Source: Octopus sinensis (taxonomy: Eukaryota). From it: a stretch of DNA of 64,000 nucleotides. Position numbers and translations under genes: made by a program. Shown here in pieces: positions 38,885 through 51,744 of this stretch; position 1 is the first letter of the stretch, and every line of letters begins with the position of its first letter. The notes beneath the pieces were generated by a model, which searched no databases, had not been told where the DNA came from, and was given only the letters and a program-made list of their open reading frames with translations. Location: the NCBI RefSeq assembly GCF_006345805.1, contig NC_043016.1:9486001-9550000 (forward strand), given 5' to 3'.

Positions 38885-40175
38885 TATTAGGGAGTATAAC
38901 TCCAAATTTACAGGGAAAACTTCAATTTAGTATTAAATCAAATTTCACAATATAAATATATAATATAATAAATTAGAGAAAAAACCACTATTATGCAATT
39001 CAAACAATGATAGACATAAACCAAATCATAAATAAAAAAAAAATATTTTTATAAAACAAATAACTAAATTACAAAAAGTATAAAAATGAAAAATCAATAT
39101 ATAATAAGTAAAAAAGACTATGTAAGTTTCATGGCTATAATTAAATTCAAATTACAATTAAATTTAAATTTAATCAAAAATCAATTCAATTTAAAATTAT
39201 AGTCACTTTTATATTATAGTCACTCTAATATTTTAAAATATTAGTTAGTCACTTTGGGATCTAGATTGTAAAAATGTTTTAATTTAACTAAAAGTTTCTT
39301 ATTATATTTCTGGTACTATTACATTTAATAATAATAGTAATAATAAGTATTTTATAAAGATAAGTTATACGTTTTTACTTTGGAATTTTTCAATTCTTAT
39401 TTTTTATTTCATAAATATTTTCAAAAGATATCTATAATATTTATGTAAGTAATAATGGACTAATTTATTTATTGTTTATATATTTATTGATAAAAAATAT
39501 AGATTTTTAATTACTGTATATGTTGATTATAATTTAGATACTTATTTTTATATATTTATTATTTTATAATTATTATATATGAACTAAAATCTAAAAAAAT
39601 TAATAGTGATTGTTTTGTAAAATAGTTTGATAATTAAATATTAGAGTATTACCAGGTTAAAGATATTCTATAGCTTATTAATGTTTTTTATTAAGCTAAA
39701 TTATATCTTCACAGATAAATACATTTTTCTATTTACTCTATTTTTTTACCTTAAATATTTAACATAATAAATGTATCGTAGGCAACTGATCCTCATGTTT
39801 TAAGTTTCAAATTTAGTTAATGGTGTTTCTTGTATAATAAAAATTCATTATTTTATTTTTTTAATAAATATTGTTTAACTCTATTTGCTTATTTATTTAG
39901 CTATTATTGTTAACCTGAAGAGTGACTATAATTTTAAATTGAATTGATTTTTGATTAAATTTAAATTTAATTGTAATTCAAATTTAATTATAGCCATGAA
40001 ACTTAGTTTTTTTTACTTATTATATATTGATTATTCATTTTTATACTTTTTGTGATTTAGTTATATGTTTTATAAAAATATATTTTATTTTTATTTATGA
40101 TTTGGTGTATGTCTATCATTGTTTGAATTGCATAATAGTGGTTTTTTCTTTAATTTATATATAATATATATATAT
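38885..40175. mobile_element. Related PLE end with fold-back structure
   Basis: About 38960-39210 is an inverted copy of about 39920-40160; contains the ttacagggaaaa..ttcaatttag terminal extension on the left only. Confidence 0.7.
39911..40006 (+). ncRNA. Degenerate hammerhead motif with very long stem II
   Basis: UAAC-CUGAAGA-GUGACUAUAAUU...AAUUAUAGCCAU-GAAAC; stem I 3' strand not recognisable. Confidence 0.45.
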
Positions 40176-40256
40176 TATATATATATATATATTCTTTTTG
40201 TTTCACTCAGAGCTGTGGCCATGCTGATGCACTTCCGTTTTGCTACACTGTTATTA

Positions 40257-40960
40257 CTAAGAGCCTACTCTAATATGTAGCATTTGGTGAAGCATGAAGT
40301 TTGATATAGATACCCTCATTTGCACATCTTGCCGTGAGGTAGGTTCATCTGGGACTCCCGACAGGAAGAGGTTCAGCTTTGATTTAAAAACCCCTACATC
40401 TACTTTGTGCAAGTTCCTCAGACTCTTTGGGAGAATATTAAAAAGCTGTGGGCCCTTGAAACCCAGGCTGTTGCAGTAACTGGTCCTGAAGTGTGATGGC
40501 ATTGCTGGGACCTTTGGCAATATGCAGTGTTGTCCTGTTCTGGCATTGGTGTAGCTTTCAATGCCAAAATTTGGCACAATTCCTTCCAGGATCTTCCAGA
40601 TATATATTACTGCATACCTCTCCTGTCTTCTCTCCAAGGAGTAGAGTCTTAACTGTTTCAACCTTTCCCAGCAGTTGAGCTGTTGCAAAGAGACGATCTT
40701 CTTTGTGAATCTTCTCTGTATTGCTTCAAGGTCCGCTGTTAATGTCACACTGGTGGGTGACCATAGCTGTGAGCAGTAATCCAGGCAACTGAGGACATAT
40801 GTCCACCAGAGGACCATCATGGTTTCCATCTCTGGTTCTGAATATTCTTAGGAGCCATCCAGTCAGTCGTCTGCACTTTGTCGCCATCCTGGTAATGTGC
40901 ACTTGGAAAGAGGTATCATCAATTGATACCCAGGTCCCTCACTGACCTAGGCTCTGGGAT
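40257..40960 (-). mobile_element. CR1-group LINE 3' RT fragment
   Basis: LDYCSQLWSP..LEAIQRRFTK..WERLKQLRLYSLERR..GPQLFNILP. Confidence 0.88.
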
Positions 40961-41084
40961 TGAAATTCCCTGTTGACTGGTGTACCCTGTAAGTTTCATA
41001 TTCAGTTTTGGATGCTGGTAGCGCAGGGCTTGGAATTTTTCAGCATTAAACTGCATATTATTATCCTCAGCCTATATATATATC

Positions 41085-41438
41085 ATCATCATCATCATTG
41101 TTCGACCGTGGTCGAGACAATGGGATTTACCATGCTACGCCAGACTTCATGGTCCATCATGGCATTATGGAGGTCCTGTTGCTGGATGCCTGTATCCCTG
41201 GAGATTACATCAGGGTAGGAGAGTGTGCGCCCTCTAGCATTGCGAGTAGATGGCTTCCAGAGGGGAAGAGTAGAAATTACCTCGTTTTCAGCTCTACAAC
41301 AATGTCCAGCAAACTGGACTCTCCTACCTTTCAAAAGAGATGATACAGGTGGTAATTACCCATATATTTGTACTTTGGTTGGATGACGCTTCCACGAGAG
41401 ATTTTGAGCTCTCATAAGGAGGCGAGTGTAGGTTCCAT

Positions 41439-41440
<2 letters not shown>
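41085..41440 (-). mobile_element. RTE-type LINE 3' end with (GAT)n tail
   Basis: MDGTYTRLLMRAQNLSWKRHPT..RRVQFAGHC..EVWR. Confidence 0.8.
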
Positions 41441-41474
<34 letters not shown>

Positions 41475-42673
41475 TAGGAAGAAATGGAGCTGAACGAAGA
41501 TTTAACAAAATTCCTTTTTATTATTTTCTACATATGTTTCAAAGGCTGCAAAGTGCCTAATTCGGATTGAATAAGGAGTCCATTTTGCAGCCTTCTCTTC
41601 AGGAAAATCCAGGAACTTAATTCTCCAACAAAATGCACAGCAAGCTTTTCGACAAACGCTCATGAGGAGCCCATGGAATAAATGGCACAAACTGTCTATC
41701 AATATGCGTGATGCCAGCTGGGTGAAAGCCGACGAGAAGTCTGTTGAGATAATTCAAGTTAAAATCCGGTTAACAGAAGGGGAGTACAGGAAAATCAAAG
41801 AGTGTGAATGTATTCTGTATGACTGGTGTTAATATTTGAATTGTTTTAAGAATGAGTGCTAGAGTGTTTGAGTGTGAGAAATTGCTTTCATGTATGTGTG
41901 TGTGCGTCTATGTATGTGTGGCAGTGTGTTTAGAAGGCAGCAAGGGAGAGAGATATAGCAGGTATTAATGGTCAAGCAACAGAAAAGACTGTCTGTGTGT
42001 TCGTCTGTAACCAGTTTATAGAGAGAGGGGGTGTCAACAATGGTCATGGCAGGATACAGTTCTGGCGTCAGGGATGTCAGCAGTTCTAGACAACTAGCAG
42101 TTCTTACACTAACAGGGGAGTGATATCCCCTTACAAATTTAATTCAAATTTTTTTCATTTTCTTAGGAAATCAAGTGGTTAACTATAATAGACTTCATTG
42201 GTATGAGAGAAATGTATGCCGTTTCCAGTGTGGGCATCTGAAAGAATTTTGCACAACCGAGTTAACAAGGTGCCCTCGGGCGAACAGAATATGAAAGAGT
42301 TCCGAGTTACAAAGAGCACAGATTTTTTGCCCTTATCAAACGGTAAAGACACCAATAAAATTGACCATAAATCCATTTACATCCTAGAGAGTGCCACGTT
42401 AAAAGCATCCACTTTACGCTGTAATATGGTTGGCATTTGGAAGGGCATCCAGCTGTAAAAATCATGCCAAAACTAACCTCATCTGTGCTAGTGTCATGTA
42501 AAAAGCACTGAGCCTACTCTGTGGAGTTGTTGGTGTTAGGATCCAGCTGTAAAATCCCTGCTAAAACAGACACAGTCGCCTAGGGTAGTTTTTCTAGGTG
42601 GCCGGCTCCTGTCAACCGTCCTACCCATGCATGCACGGAAGATTAAAGTCAAACAATGATGATGATGATGATG

Positions 42674-42723
<50 letters not shown>

Positions 42724-42726
<3 letters not shown>

Positions 42727-43024
42727 GAGGTGCAATGGCCAGTGGTTAGGGCAGCGGACTCGCGGTCGTAGGATCGCTGTTTCGATTCCCAGACCGGTCG
42801 TTGTGAGTGTTATTGAGCGAAAACACAAAGCTCCATGAGGCTCCGGCAGGGCGGTGGTGGGGCGATCCCTGCTGTACTCTTTCGCCACAACTTTCTCTCA
42901 CTCTTTTCTGTTGTTGGCCTGCTCACTTAGTCAGCTGGGGGCGTCATTTGAAGGCTAAAAACAATGCGAAGCGCATTGTGACCAGCGATGTGTAGCAACA
43001 TCTGATTGCCTGGTCGGTCACGGT
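42724..43024 (+). repeat. tRNA-derived SINE (family E) between microsatellites
   Basis: ggaggtgcaatggccagtggttagggc..gtttcgattccc. Confidence 0.65.
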
Positions 43025-43169
43025 GATATATATATATATATATATAAAAGTACAAAGTGAGATAGGGGTTATGAGTGTAACCCACTATGGGATATCATTT
43101 ATCCAATATACTGCCAGTGAAGTACCCAAAAGGCTAATACATAAATGCTTACAACTGCAATGCAATTTG

Positions 43170-43682
43170 TTCATTTATTGTATTATATGGGCGAAGGTAA
43201 AATGTTTTACCTCAAGTTCATAATACAAAATAAGAAAATGGAGGAATAGATTCCTTTCAATCATCAACTTACAGATAATACCAATTCATATAATTTATTA
43301 ACTAATTAAATAGGAACATCCAATAAAACAGAGTAAAACAATATACATCAATAATATATATCTCAAGGCCTCATCAGAGATTATAAAGTACAATTATGAA
43401 GATATAAAATGAAGATATAAAATGCAAATATAAATATGAAACAAAGTACACATACACAAGAATATTTATCCTTATCTACAGGCTGAAACAGCTGTAAGAT
43501 CCATTTTATATGTATTATTTTTATGGTATTATCTTATTTATTGATGTATATTGTTTACTCTGTTTTATTCTGTTGGATTTGGATGTTCCTTTTTAATTAG
43601 TTAATAAAGTATATGAATTGGTATTATCTGTAAGTTGATGATTGAAAGGAATCTATTCCTCCATTTTCTTATTTTGTATATA
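43170..43682. mobile_element. Fold-back PLE end of another family with a split hammerhead
   Basis: 43219-43352 inverted versus about 43540-43680; CUGAUGA half on minus (43365-43381), GAAAC-AGCUGUA half on plus (43479-43500). Confidence 0.65.
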
Positions 43683-43692
43683 TATATATATA

Positions 43693-43906
43693 TACAAAAT
43701 TTAGAGGACTGACCACTAAAAGTGGACAGCCTTTATGCTAGATATAGACGTCAAAATATTTTCATTTGTCTTGCTTATTTTTACACTTTGGGTTTTGCTG
43801 AGTCTTTTTCTTGAGAACACATTCTTTGTGGGAAAATGGCAATTTTGACGTCTATATCTAGCATAAAGGCTGTCCACTTTTAGTGGTCAGTCCTCTAAAT
43901 TTTGTA
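43693..43906. repeat. Element with perfect 65-bp terminal inverted repeats
   Basis: 43693-43757 is the exact reverse complement of 43842-43906. Confidence 0.85.
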
Positions 43907-44013
43907 TGTAAAAAAATGTTTAATCTTTGGATGCTAGGCCACTGGTTTTAATTGATTAATATCAATTTCTACCCTTATTTAATTATATATATATATATAT
44001 ATAATATATTATA

Positions 44014-44049
<36 letters not shown>

Positions 44050-44285
44050 TCTTCTTGGACAGGATGCCAGTCCATCACAGGTTTACTCATTTTTGTCAGC
44101 TGTGTGGACTGGAACAATGTGGAATGAAATGTTTTGCTCAAGAGCATAATGTGCTGCCTTGTCCAGGACAACGATACAATCATGAGTCCAACACTCTAAC
44201 CACTAAGCCACATGCTTCCACTTGTTTCTGTCTTCCATATATACATATACATACATACATATGTGTGTATATATATATATATATA

Positions 44286-44690
44286 AATTAGAAAATAAAC
44301 AACCTTTTATCAATTCAAAATGAACAATTAAATTACACCATCTAGAAAATTACATGTAATAGAAATATTAAAATTAAAATAGCAATAATATACCGATAAT
44401 TAAGTAAATTGCAAAATAATAATAAAAACGTATATATTTGGTATATATAATATGTTTTTATTATCATTTTGCAATTTACTTAATTATCGGTATATCATTG
44501 TTATTTTAATTTTAATATTTCTATTATATGTAATTTTCTAGATAGTGTAATTTAATTGTTCATTTTGAATTGATAAAAGGTGTTTTTTTTCTAATTTTTA
44601 TATATATATTATATTTTGTGAAATTTGATTTAGTATTTCTAAATTGAATTTTTCCCTGTAAGTCAGGAATAATATTCCCTCAAATAATTA
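44286..44690 (+). mobile_element. PLE end forming a near-perfect hairpin with arms of about 155 bp
   Basis: 44286-44440 is the reverse complement of 44452-44600; terminal extension on the right only. Confidence 0.75.
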
Positions 44691-44794
44691 TTATTACATA
44701 TATATATATATATATGCACACACACAGGTGAGCACATAAGTGCAAAACAAGATGGAAAGAATAGTGCAATAGTACTTAAATACAATTTTCACAT

Positions 44795-45140
44795 AACTGT
44801 CTGAGGTGGCCAGATGTTAGGGGGTGATGTAATCACAGAAATTGTCTAACAGCCACAACTGGGTTCTCCTGCTTTTATGGCATGGTGCAGAGTCCTGTTG
44901 CTAGACATAGGGTCTTCCAGCTGCCACCCTCTTGACCCAGGGCAGCACTACTTCTTCCAGGCACTTGATGTAGGCCGCTGTGTTGAGTGTGAGGCCGTGT
45001 GGGAAGATGAATGGAGGCATATCGTCACCATCACTAGTGATCACTCCAAACACCATGATGCTGACTGGATGTTTGGTTTTTATCACTCTTGGGACATGTC
45101 TTCAGATTGACACCCAAACACTCTGAAATGTTCATATTGG
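44795..45140 (-). mobile_element. Tc1/mariner-superfamily transposase fragment
   Basis: KHPVSIMVFGVITSDG..LEEVVLPW..QQDSAPCH. Confidence 0.85.
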
Positions 45141-45713
45141 AGCTTCCAGCACAAGTACTAGGCTTACAAAAAATTATATCATCATCATCATCATCATCGT
45201 TTAATGTCCGTTCTCCATGCTAGCATGGGTTGGACGGTTCGACCGGGGATCTGGGAAGCCAGAAGGCTGCACCAGGCTCCAGTCTTATCTGGCAGTGTTT
45301 CTACAGCTGGATGCCCTTCCTAACGCCAACCACTCCGTGAGTGTAGTGGGTGCTTTTTACGTGCCACCTGCACAGGTGCCAGGCGAGGCTGGCAACGGCC
45401 ACGGTCGGATTGGTGTATTTTATGTGCCACCGGAACGGAAGCCAGACGAGGCGGAGCTGGCATCGGCCACGAGTCGGATAGTGCTTTTTACGCCACAAGT
45501 CGGATAGTGCTTTTTACGTACCACCAGACCAGGGATCCTGGCTGGTTCAATTCGATTTCGATTTCGCTTGCCCCAACATGTCTTCGCAAGCAAGGGGGTT
45601 GGCATGGGTGCCTGTCGTACGGTCAGATTGGTGTATTTTACGTGCCACCGGCACGGAAGCCAGTGGAGGCGGCGCTGGCATCGGCCACGAGTCGGATAGT
45701 GCTTTTTACGTAC

Positions 45714-45744
<31 letters not shown>

Positions 45745-45745
45745 C

Positions 45746-47400
45746 AATGGAGGAATTCAGGACAGGATGTCCCTGGGAGCCCCTCTATGCTGATGACCTT
45801 GCTCTAATTGCTGAGTCACTATCAGAACTAGAGGGAAAGTTTCAGGTGTGGTAGCAAGGATTTGAATCGAAGGGCCTTAGAGTCAACTTAGGTAAAACCA
45901 AAGTCATAAGTAGGAAGGTAGACAAACCACAAACGCCTTCAGGTAGATGGCCCTACTCGATCTGTAGAAAAGGCATAGGTAGAAACTCTATAAGATGTAC
46001 CCAGTGTAAGCTATGGGCACACAAGAGGTGCAGCAATATCAAAGGAAGACTAACTAGGAAGATAGTTTTTGTATGCAATAAACATTGAAAATGTGCAGAG
46101 AACAACTTCCGCCACATTCCAGGGAGAAAAACTAGAAGTAGTTGTCAGCTTCCATTACTTAGGTGACCAAGTCAGTAGTGGGGGTGGGTGTGCTGAAAGT
46201 GTAACTGCTAGAATAAGAATAGCCTGGGCAATGTTCAGAGAGCTCTTACCTCTGCTGGTGACAAAGGGCCTCTCGCTCAGAGTAAAAGGCAGACTGTATG
46301 ACGCATGTGTACGAACAGCCATGCTACATGGCAGTGAAACATGGGCCATGACTGCTGAAGACATGCGTAAGCTTGCAAGGAATGAAGCCAGTATGTTCCA
46401 ATGGATGTGTAATGTCAGTGTACATACTTGACAAAGTGTAAGTACCTTGAGAGAAAAGTTGGACCTAAGAAGCATCAGATGTGGTGTGCAAGAGAGATGA
46501 CTACGCTGGTATGGTCATGTGGCGAGAATGGATGAAGATAGTTGTGTGAAAAAGTGAACACCCTAGCAGTTGAGGGAACCTGTGGAAGAGGTAAACCCAG
46601 GAAAACCTGGGATGAGGTGGTGAAGCATGATCTTTGAACATTGGGTCTCACCAAAGCAATGACTAGCGACCAAGACCTTTGGAAGTATGCTGTGCGTGAG
46701 AAGACCCAGCAGGACAAGTGAGACCATAACCCATGGCCTTTACCAGGATGTACCCAGCCCACATATGCATACCTTTCCTTTTTTGGATACAAAACTCTGC
46801 TTGTGAAGACCTGTTGAGGCAAGTGAAATCGAAATTGAACCAAATTCGTCAACTGGCACCCATGCCAACCTCCCTTCATTGGACACTAAACTCTGCTTGC
46901 GAAGACCTGTTGGGGCAGGTGAAATCGAAACTAAACCAAATTCGATGACTGACACCCATGCCAGTGGAGCGCTAACAGCTCCATCCAAGCGGGATCACTG
47001 CCAGTGCAGCTGTCTGGCACGTAAAGAGCACCATTTGAGCGTGATTGTTGTCAGCATCACCTCACTGGCACTTGTGCCGGTGGCACGTGAACAAAACATT
47101 CGAGCGAGGTCGTTGCTAGTGCTGCTGGACTGACACCTGTGCAGGTGGCGCGTAAAAAGCACCATTTTCGAGCGTAGCCGTTGCCAGTACCACCAGACTG
47201 ACCCTCGTGCCGGTGGCACATAAAAGCACCCACTACACTCTCGGAGTGGTTGGCGTTAGGAAGGGCATCCAGCTGTAGAAACTCTGCCATATTAGATTGG
47301 AACATGGCGCAGCCATCTGGTTCGCCAGTCCTCAGTCAAATCGGCCAACCCATGCTAGCATGGAAAGTGGACGTTAAACGATGTTGATGATGATGATGAT
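45746..47400 (+). mobile_element. 5'-truncated RTE-clade LINE with 3' UTR and (GAT)n tail
   Basis: LYADDLALIAES, YLGDQ, VRTAMLHGSETW, GHVAR; stops and frameshifts; 3' end catgctagcatggaaag..gacgttaaacgatg. Confidence 0.9.
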
Positions 47401-47726
47401 ATATATATATGTAACACCCAGTCCACACTGTAACGTGGTTGGCGTTTGGAAGGGTATCCAGCTTTAAAAAACATGCCAAAACAGACACGGAAGCATGGCG
47501 CAGGCCTCTGCCTAGCTAACTTCTGTCAAACTGTCCAACCCATGCCAGTATAGAAGGAGGACGTTAAATAATGTTGACGATGATATATGTATATATTAAT
47601 TTATTAACACACACATACATGTGTGTGTATATGCACTCATATATATCCCTGTGATATATTGTGCATATACTTTACTTTCTTATTTCTAGAATTAAAAGGC
47701 AAGCTCAGTGGTAGAAAGTCAGACAG

Positions 47727-47845
<119 letters not shown>

Positions 47846-49978
47846 GTGTGTGTGTATGTTGAGTTGACTTCGATGGAATTTGGACACAAGACGTGAATAG
47901 ACATAACTTAATATGGTAAGGCATCGTGTCTGATGCTCTATCGATATCCGTCAATGTCATTATTGAGAAACAAACTAATAACGTCTATGTAGTCGCTTTA
48001 CCGGTCAGAAATAACTGCAAATCTTCCCCCAAACCTTCGCTTGCCTTTCCGCGCTACTCTAACATACGGAGTATGTAGGGCATTTTAAATTTAGTGAAGC
48101 CTACCGTCTTTAGAGAAAGCATGAGAAGAATCGAATCCAGCATCAGCCTCTACCGTGAGCATTAGGCAATCTACTAATCAATTTATGATGCCACCAGTTG
48201 AGTATTCCACACACAAGTATCTTCAATGTAATTCCCACGTAAAATCAGCGTAACAATATGTGAGAAAGTTGGATCTTTAAATTGTAGGTATAGTTCGTCC
48301 GGAGGTGCTTTCGACATAGTTTCTATCTACTTAATTTCAGCCCATAACACTTAAGTAACTTTAAAATCAAGACATTCGTCCTATATCACATTCAGTAGTG
48401 TCGAACGAAGGACCACATGATTGCGAAGTGAATTTCTTGGCTCTTTTTGCAGCTACATAATCATACATACACTAACACACGCATACAACCACATATTTCA
48501 ACATGTTATCTATCTTCGCTTTCTCTTATTGTTTACAATTATTAAGACATAAATATATTTTAAATAAAAACTGACTTCCCCGATTTTTTAAACCCTTTTC
48601 GCTCAGAAACTTTTTAGTTCATTATTCATTTTAGAGCCTAGTCAGTAAGGTTAATCATATTTAGTAACATCCCGAGTTCAAATCCTCCCAAGGTCGCATT
48701 TTCTCATTTCAAAGAGCGATAAAATAAATAAATACCAGTTAAATATTGTAGTTTAATTTAATCGAGTTGTTAATATAAGTGGTAAATTTACCGCATGGTT
48801 CTCTCCTATTCATCTGCGACCTTATTAAACCGGTTTTATTTTGATGTTATTGCCTTTGTTGTTTAACCACAGGTCATGTCTGATCAAAAAACATTCCAGC
48901 TGTGACCAGTCCTATCTTGTTTTTGTTTAGTTATTTGATATTGACGGCTGCAATATTTACAACGTACCTTTCCAAAGACCCAGTTGTGTCATTTGAATAT
49001 TTGGTTACTATTTCTAACATATGGAGTGACTATTTAGAAACTTCTGTTAGTTTTTTTCATTTTTTTTTATTAAAGTGTAAAATCCCAGTAATCTGTGTTC
49101 ATTTATCGTGTGCCTTAACCAAACATACATACATATCTTTCATCGTTTCAACATACACGTCACCCTCTTAATGTCCTTGAAACAAAACACGCACTTGTAA
49201 CTTCTCCTTTGTCCCACACCCTAAAATCGTCCTTTTTGCCAAAGTGAAAGGACATGAATATTTAATAGCATTCAGTTTGTAAATCCCTATTCCAAAGCAG
49301 ACATTAAATCCTAGGAAAACGTATTTCCAACTGATTCTCGATCGCTGCATGTAACCCTTTCGATTCACCTGTGTCGAGGATGTCCTTGGAAAAAGCACGG
49401 ACCAATAACACATAAACCTTTTCTTTTTTTTCATGAAGATGACAATATATGAAGTTTTATATATATGTACAGTCTCATACTCTATGTTTCTCTTCTTTAA
49501 ATTTCTATTTATAAATGTTTAAGTAAAATAGAAAAAAAGCTGTCGATATTTCTTCGCTAAAGTATATCAAGCCATCGGACTTGTTTATATCTATAATGTC
49601 AATGTTATTTACAATTTTCCTCCCCTTCACAAACATTCTATATCCCTGTCTCTGTTATTACGAACCCTCTTTCCAACACCCCTTATCTTAAGTGGCACCA
49701 CTTCCTCCTTCTCCACTCCCTCTCTTGTATATTCAATGTAATCACTCCCTCTCTCGTATATGCTGTGTACTCACCCCCTCTCTAGTTCACTCTAAGTAAT
49801 CACTCCCTCACTCTCTCTGCTATATTCGATGTGATCACTCCCTCCCTCTCTCTCCTGTATTCTCTGTAATCACTCACTCTCTCCCTCTTTAACCTCTATT
49901 ACACACCATATCACCTTCAGCCATTGACTTCCCTGTAGTCGTCTCTCACATCAATCTATTCCCATTACATTGGGCGCC

Positions 49979-50076
49979 ATGTATCTTACCACGCGGCTCT
50001 CGGCCGTTCTACGTTCTCCAGTTGCCACACTGAGCCTAAGAGAAACGTTTAAGCCACATAAAAATATAGTAGCCAG
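49979..50076 (+). CDS. Probable first coding exon of an unidentified mitochondrially targeted protein; phase 2
   Basis: ggcgccATG context; MYLTTRLSAVLRSPVATLSLRETFKPHKNIVA is R/S/L/T-rich with one acidic residue; ends ag|gtaaga; locally CpG-richer sequence. Confidence 0.7.
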
Positions 50077-50514
50077 GTAAGAAATATGTTTAAAACAAAA
50101 ACATTTTCCAATTATACATGTTTAATTGCTTCATAAAATCCTTCCATTTCGTTAGACCCATTCCTCTTTTTCATAACATCCACCCAAACATTTCGCGTCA
50201 GCTCGCACTTTCGGAGCGATTTTTTAATTTTATTTACTAGTTTTATTATCCTTGATGAATTTTTATGTATGCCTTATTTTATAATGTTTCATCAGATGTA
50301 TATTTCCATGTATGTTTTTTATTCTATTTGAACTTTTCAACGTATAAAAGTTATGAACTTTAATTTCTTCTCATTTCTGTCCCGAATTATTATTAACTAC
50401 CAGGTTCTATGTAAAAACTATTTTTTCCTTCGGGTGGAAATGATATTTGTATTGATTTAGAATTTTTCTGCTGTAATATGGACTAAGTATAATGAGAAAA
50501 CTTAGTAGAATTAT

Positions 50515-50538
50515 GCATACATATATACATAAATTTAT

Positions 50539-50571
<33 letters not shown>

Positions 50572-50575
50572 CATG

Positions 50576-50613
<38 letters not shown>

Positions 50614-50840
50614 CATATATACACATACACACACACATATACATATACGTATATATATACTAGACACATATATATACATGTATATATACATACATACACG
50701 CACACATATATATACATGTATATATACATACACGCACACATATATATACATGTATATATACATACACGCACATATATATATAATACATACACTCACATAT
50801 ACATACACGTATATATATATATATGCACACACACACACAC
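50515..50840. repeat. Compound (TA)/(CA) microsatellite; similar tracts at 37700-37820, 38540-38700, 61280-61525, 62780-62860
   Basis: Directly visible. Confidence 0.95.
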
Positions 50841-51744
50841 ATTTATTTGTGTGTGTCTTTGCGTTTATCCCCTTGACAACCTATGTCAGTGTGTTTTATG
50901 TGCTTGTAACCTAGCGGTTCGGCAAAACAAACCGATAGAATAAGTATTAGGGTTACAATAAATGCGTCCTGGGCTTGATTTCTTCGACTAAAACCCTTTA
51001 ATGTGGTGTTCCAGCATGGCCACAGTGAAATGGCTGAAACGTGTAAAAGAGTATATACATATATTTCTCTCTCGATGTATATATATATATATATATATAT
51101 AAACAAACACACCCACACACACACACATACTGGTAATGCAAACAGAGAAACTGAATTCAAAACATCAGTATAAATGATTTTAATAGGCGCAGTGATTAGT
51201 GACCTAAGGTGCGAGAGTTTGATAAGGGCCAATGCTCGAAGCTGTCGGCTCTTGAGTCACAACTTGTACCGATTAATTGTTTAAGTGTGTGTGTGATCGT
51301 TTAATGTCCGCCTTCCATGCTGACATAGGTTGTTGGACAGTTCGAGAGGGTTTGAAGAGGCAGGTTTTTCATTGTCAAACTCCAATGTTTACTTTGGCAT
51401 GGGTTCTACGACTGGATGCCCTTCCGAACGCGAGACTCGTTTTTACAGAGTGTACTGTGTGTTGTGCTAGGTGTTGAGAAGCTAAAGTATGGTAGAATGG
51501 TGGGAACAGGTATTTTACGTAATTATATAAGGGTGGATGGAATTAACTGAAAAGAGAGATAAAGATGGTGTTGATGAAGAGTGAAAAGGTGTCCTCAAGA
51601 TGCAAAAACATGAGTTCAAGAGAATACAAACAGGATCAGGGATTATGGAGGAAGAGGTAAGTCCTCAAGAGTGTGGAAAGAGAGTGATAGGTCGTTAGTG
51701 CGTTTAAAATGAGGTGTGGCAAGCAATCTAATGTAAGCTTTAGG

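Noticed and set aside
46790-46960. CRISPR-like or ribozyme-like tandem repeat
   Set aside because: An internal duplication of about 100 bp in the RTE 3' UTR; no spacer structure and no catalytic core.
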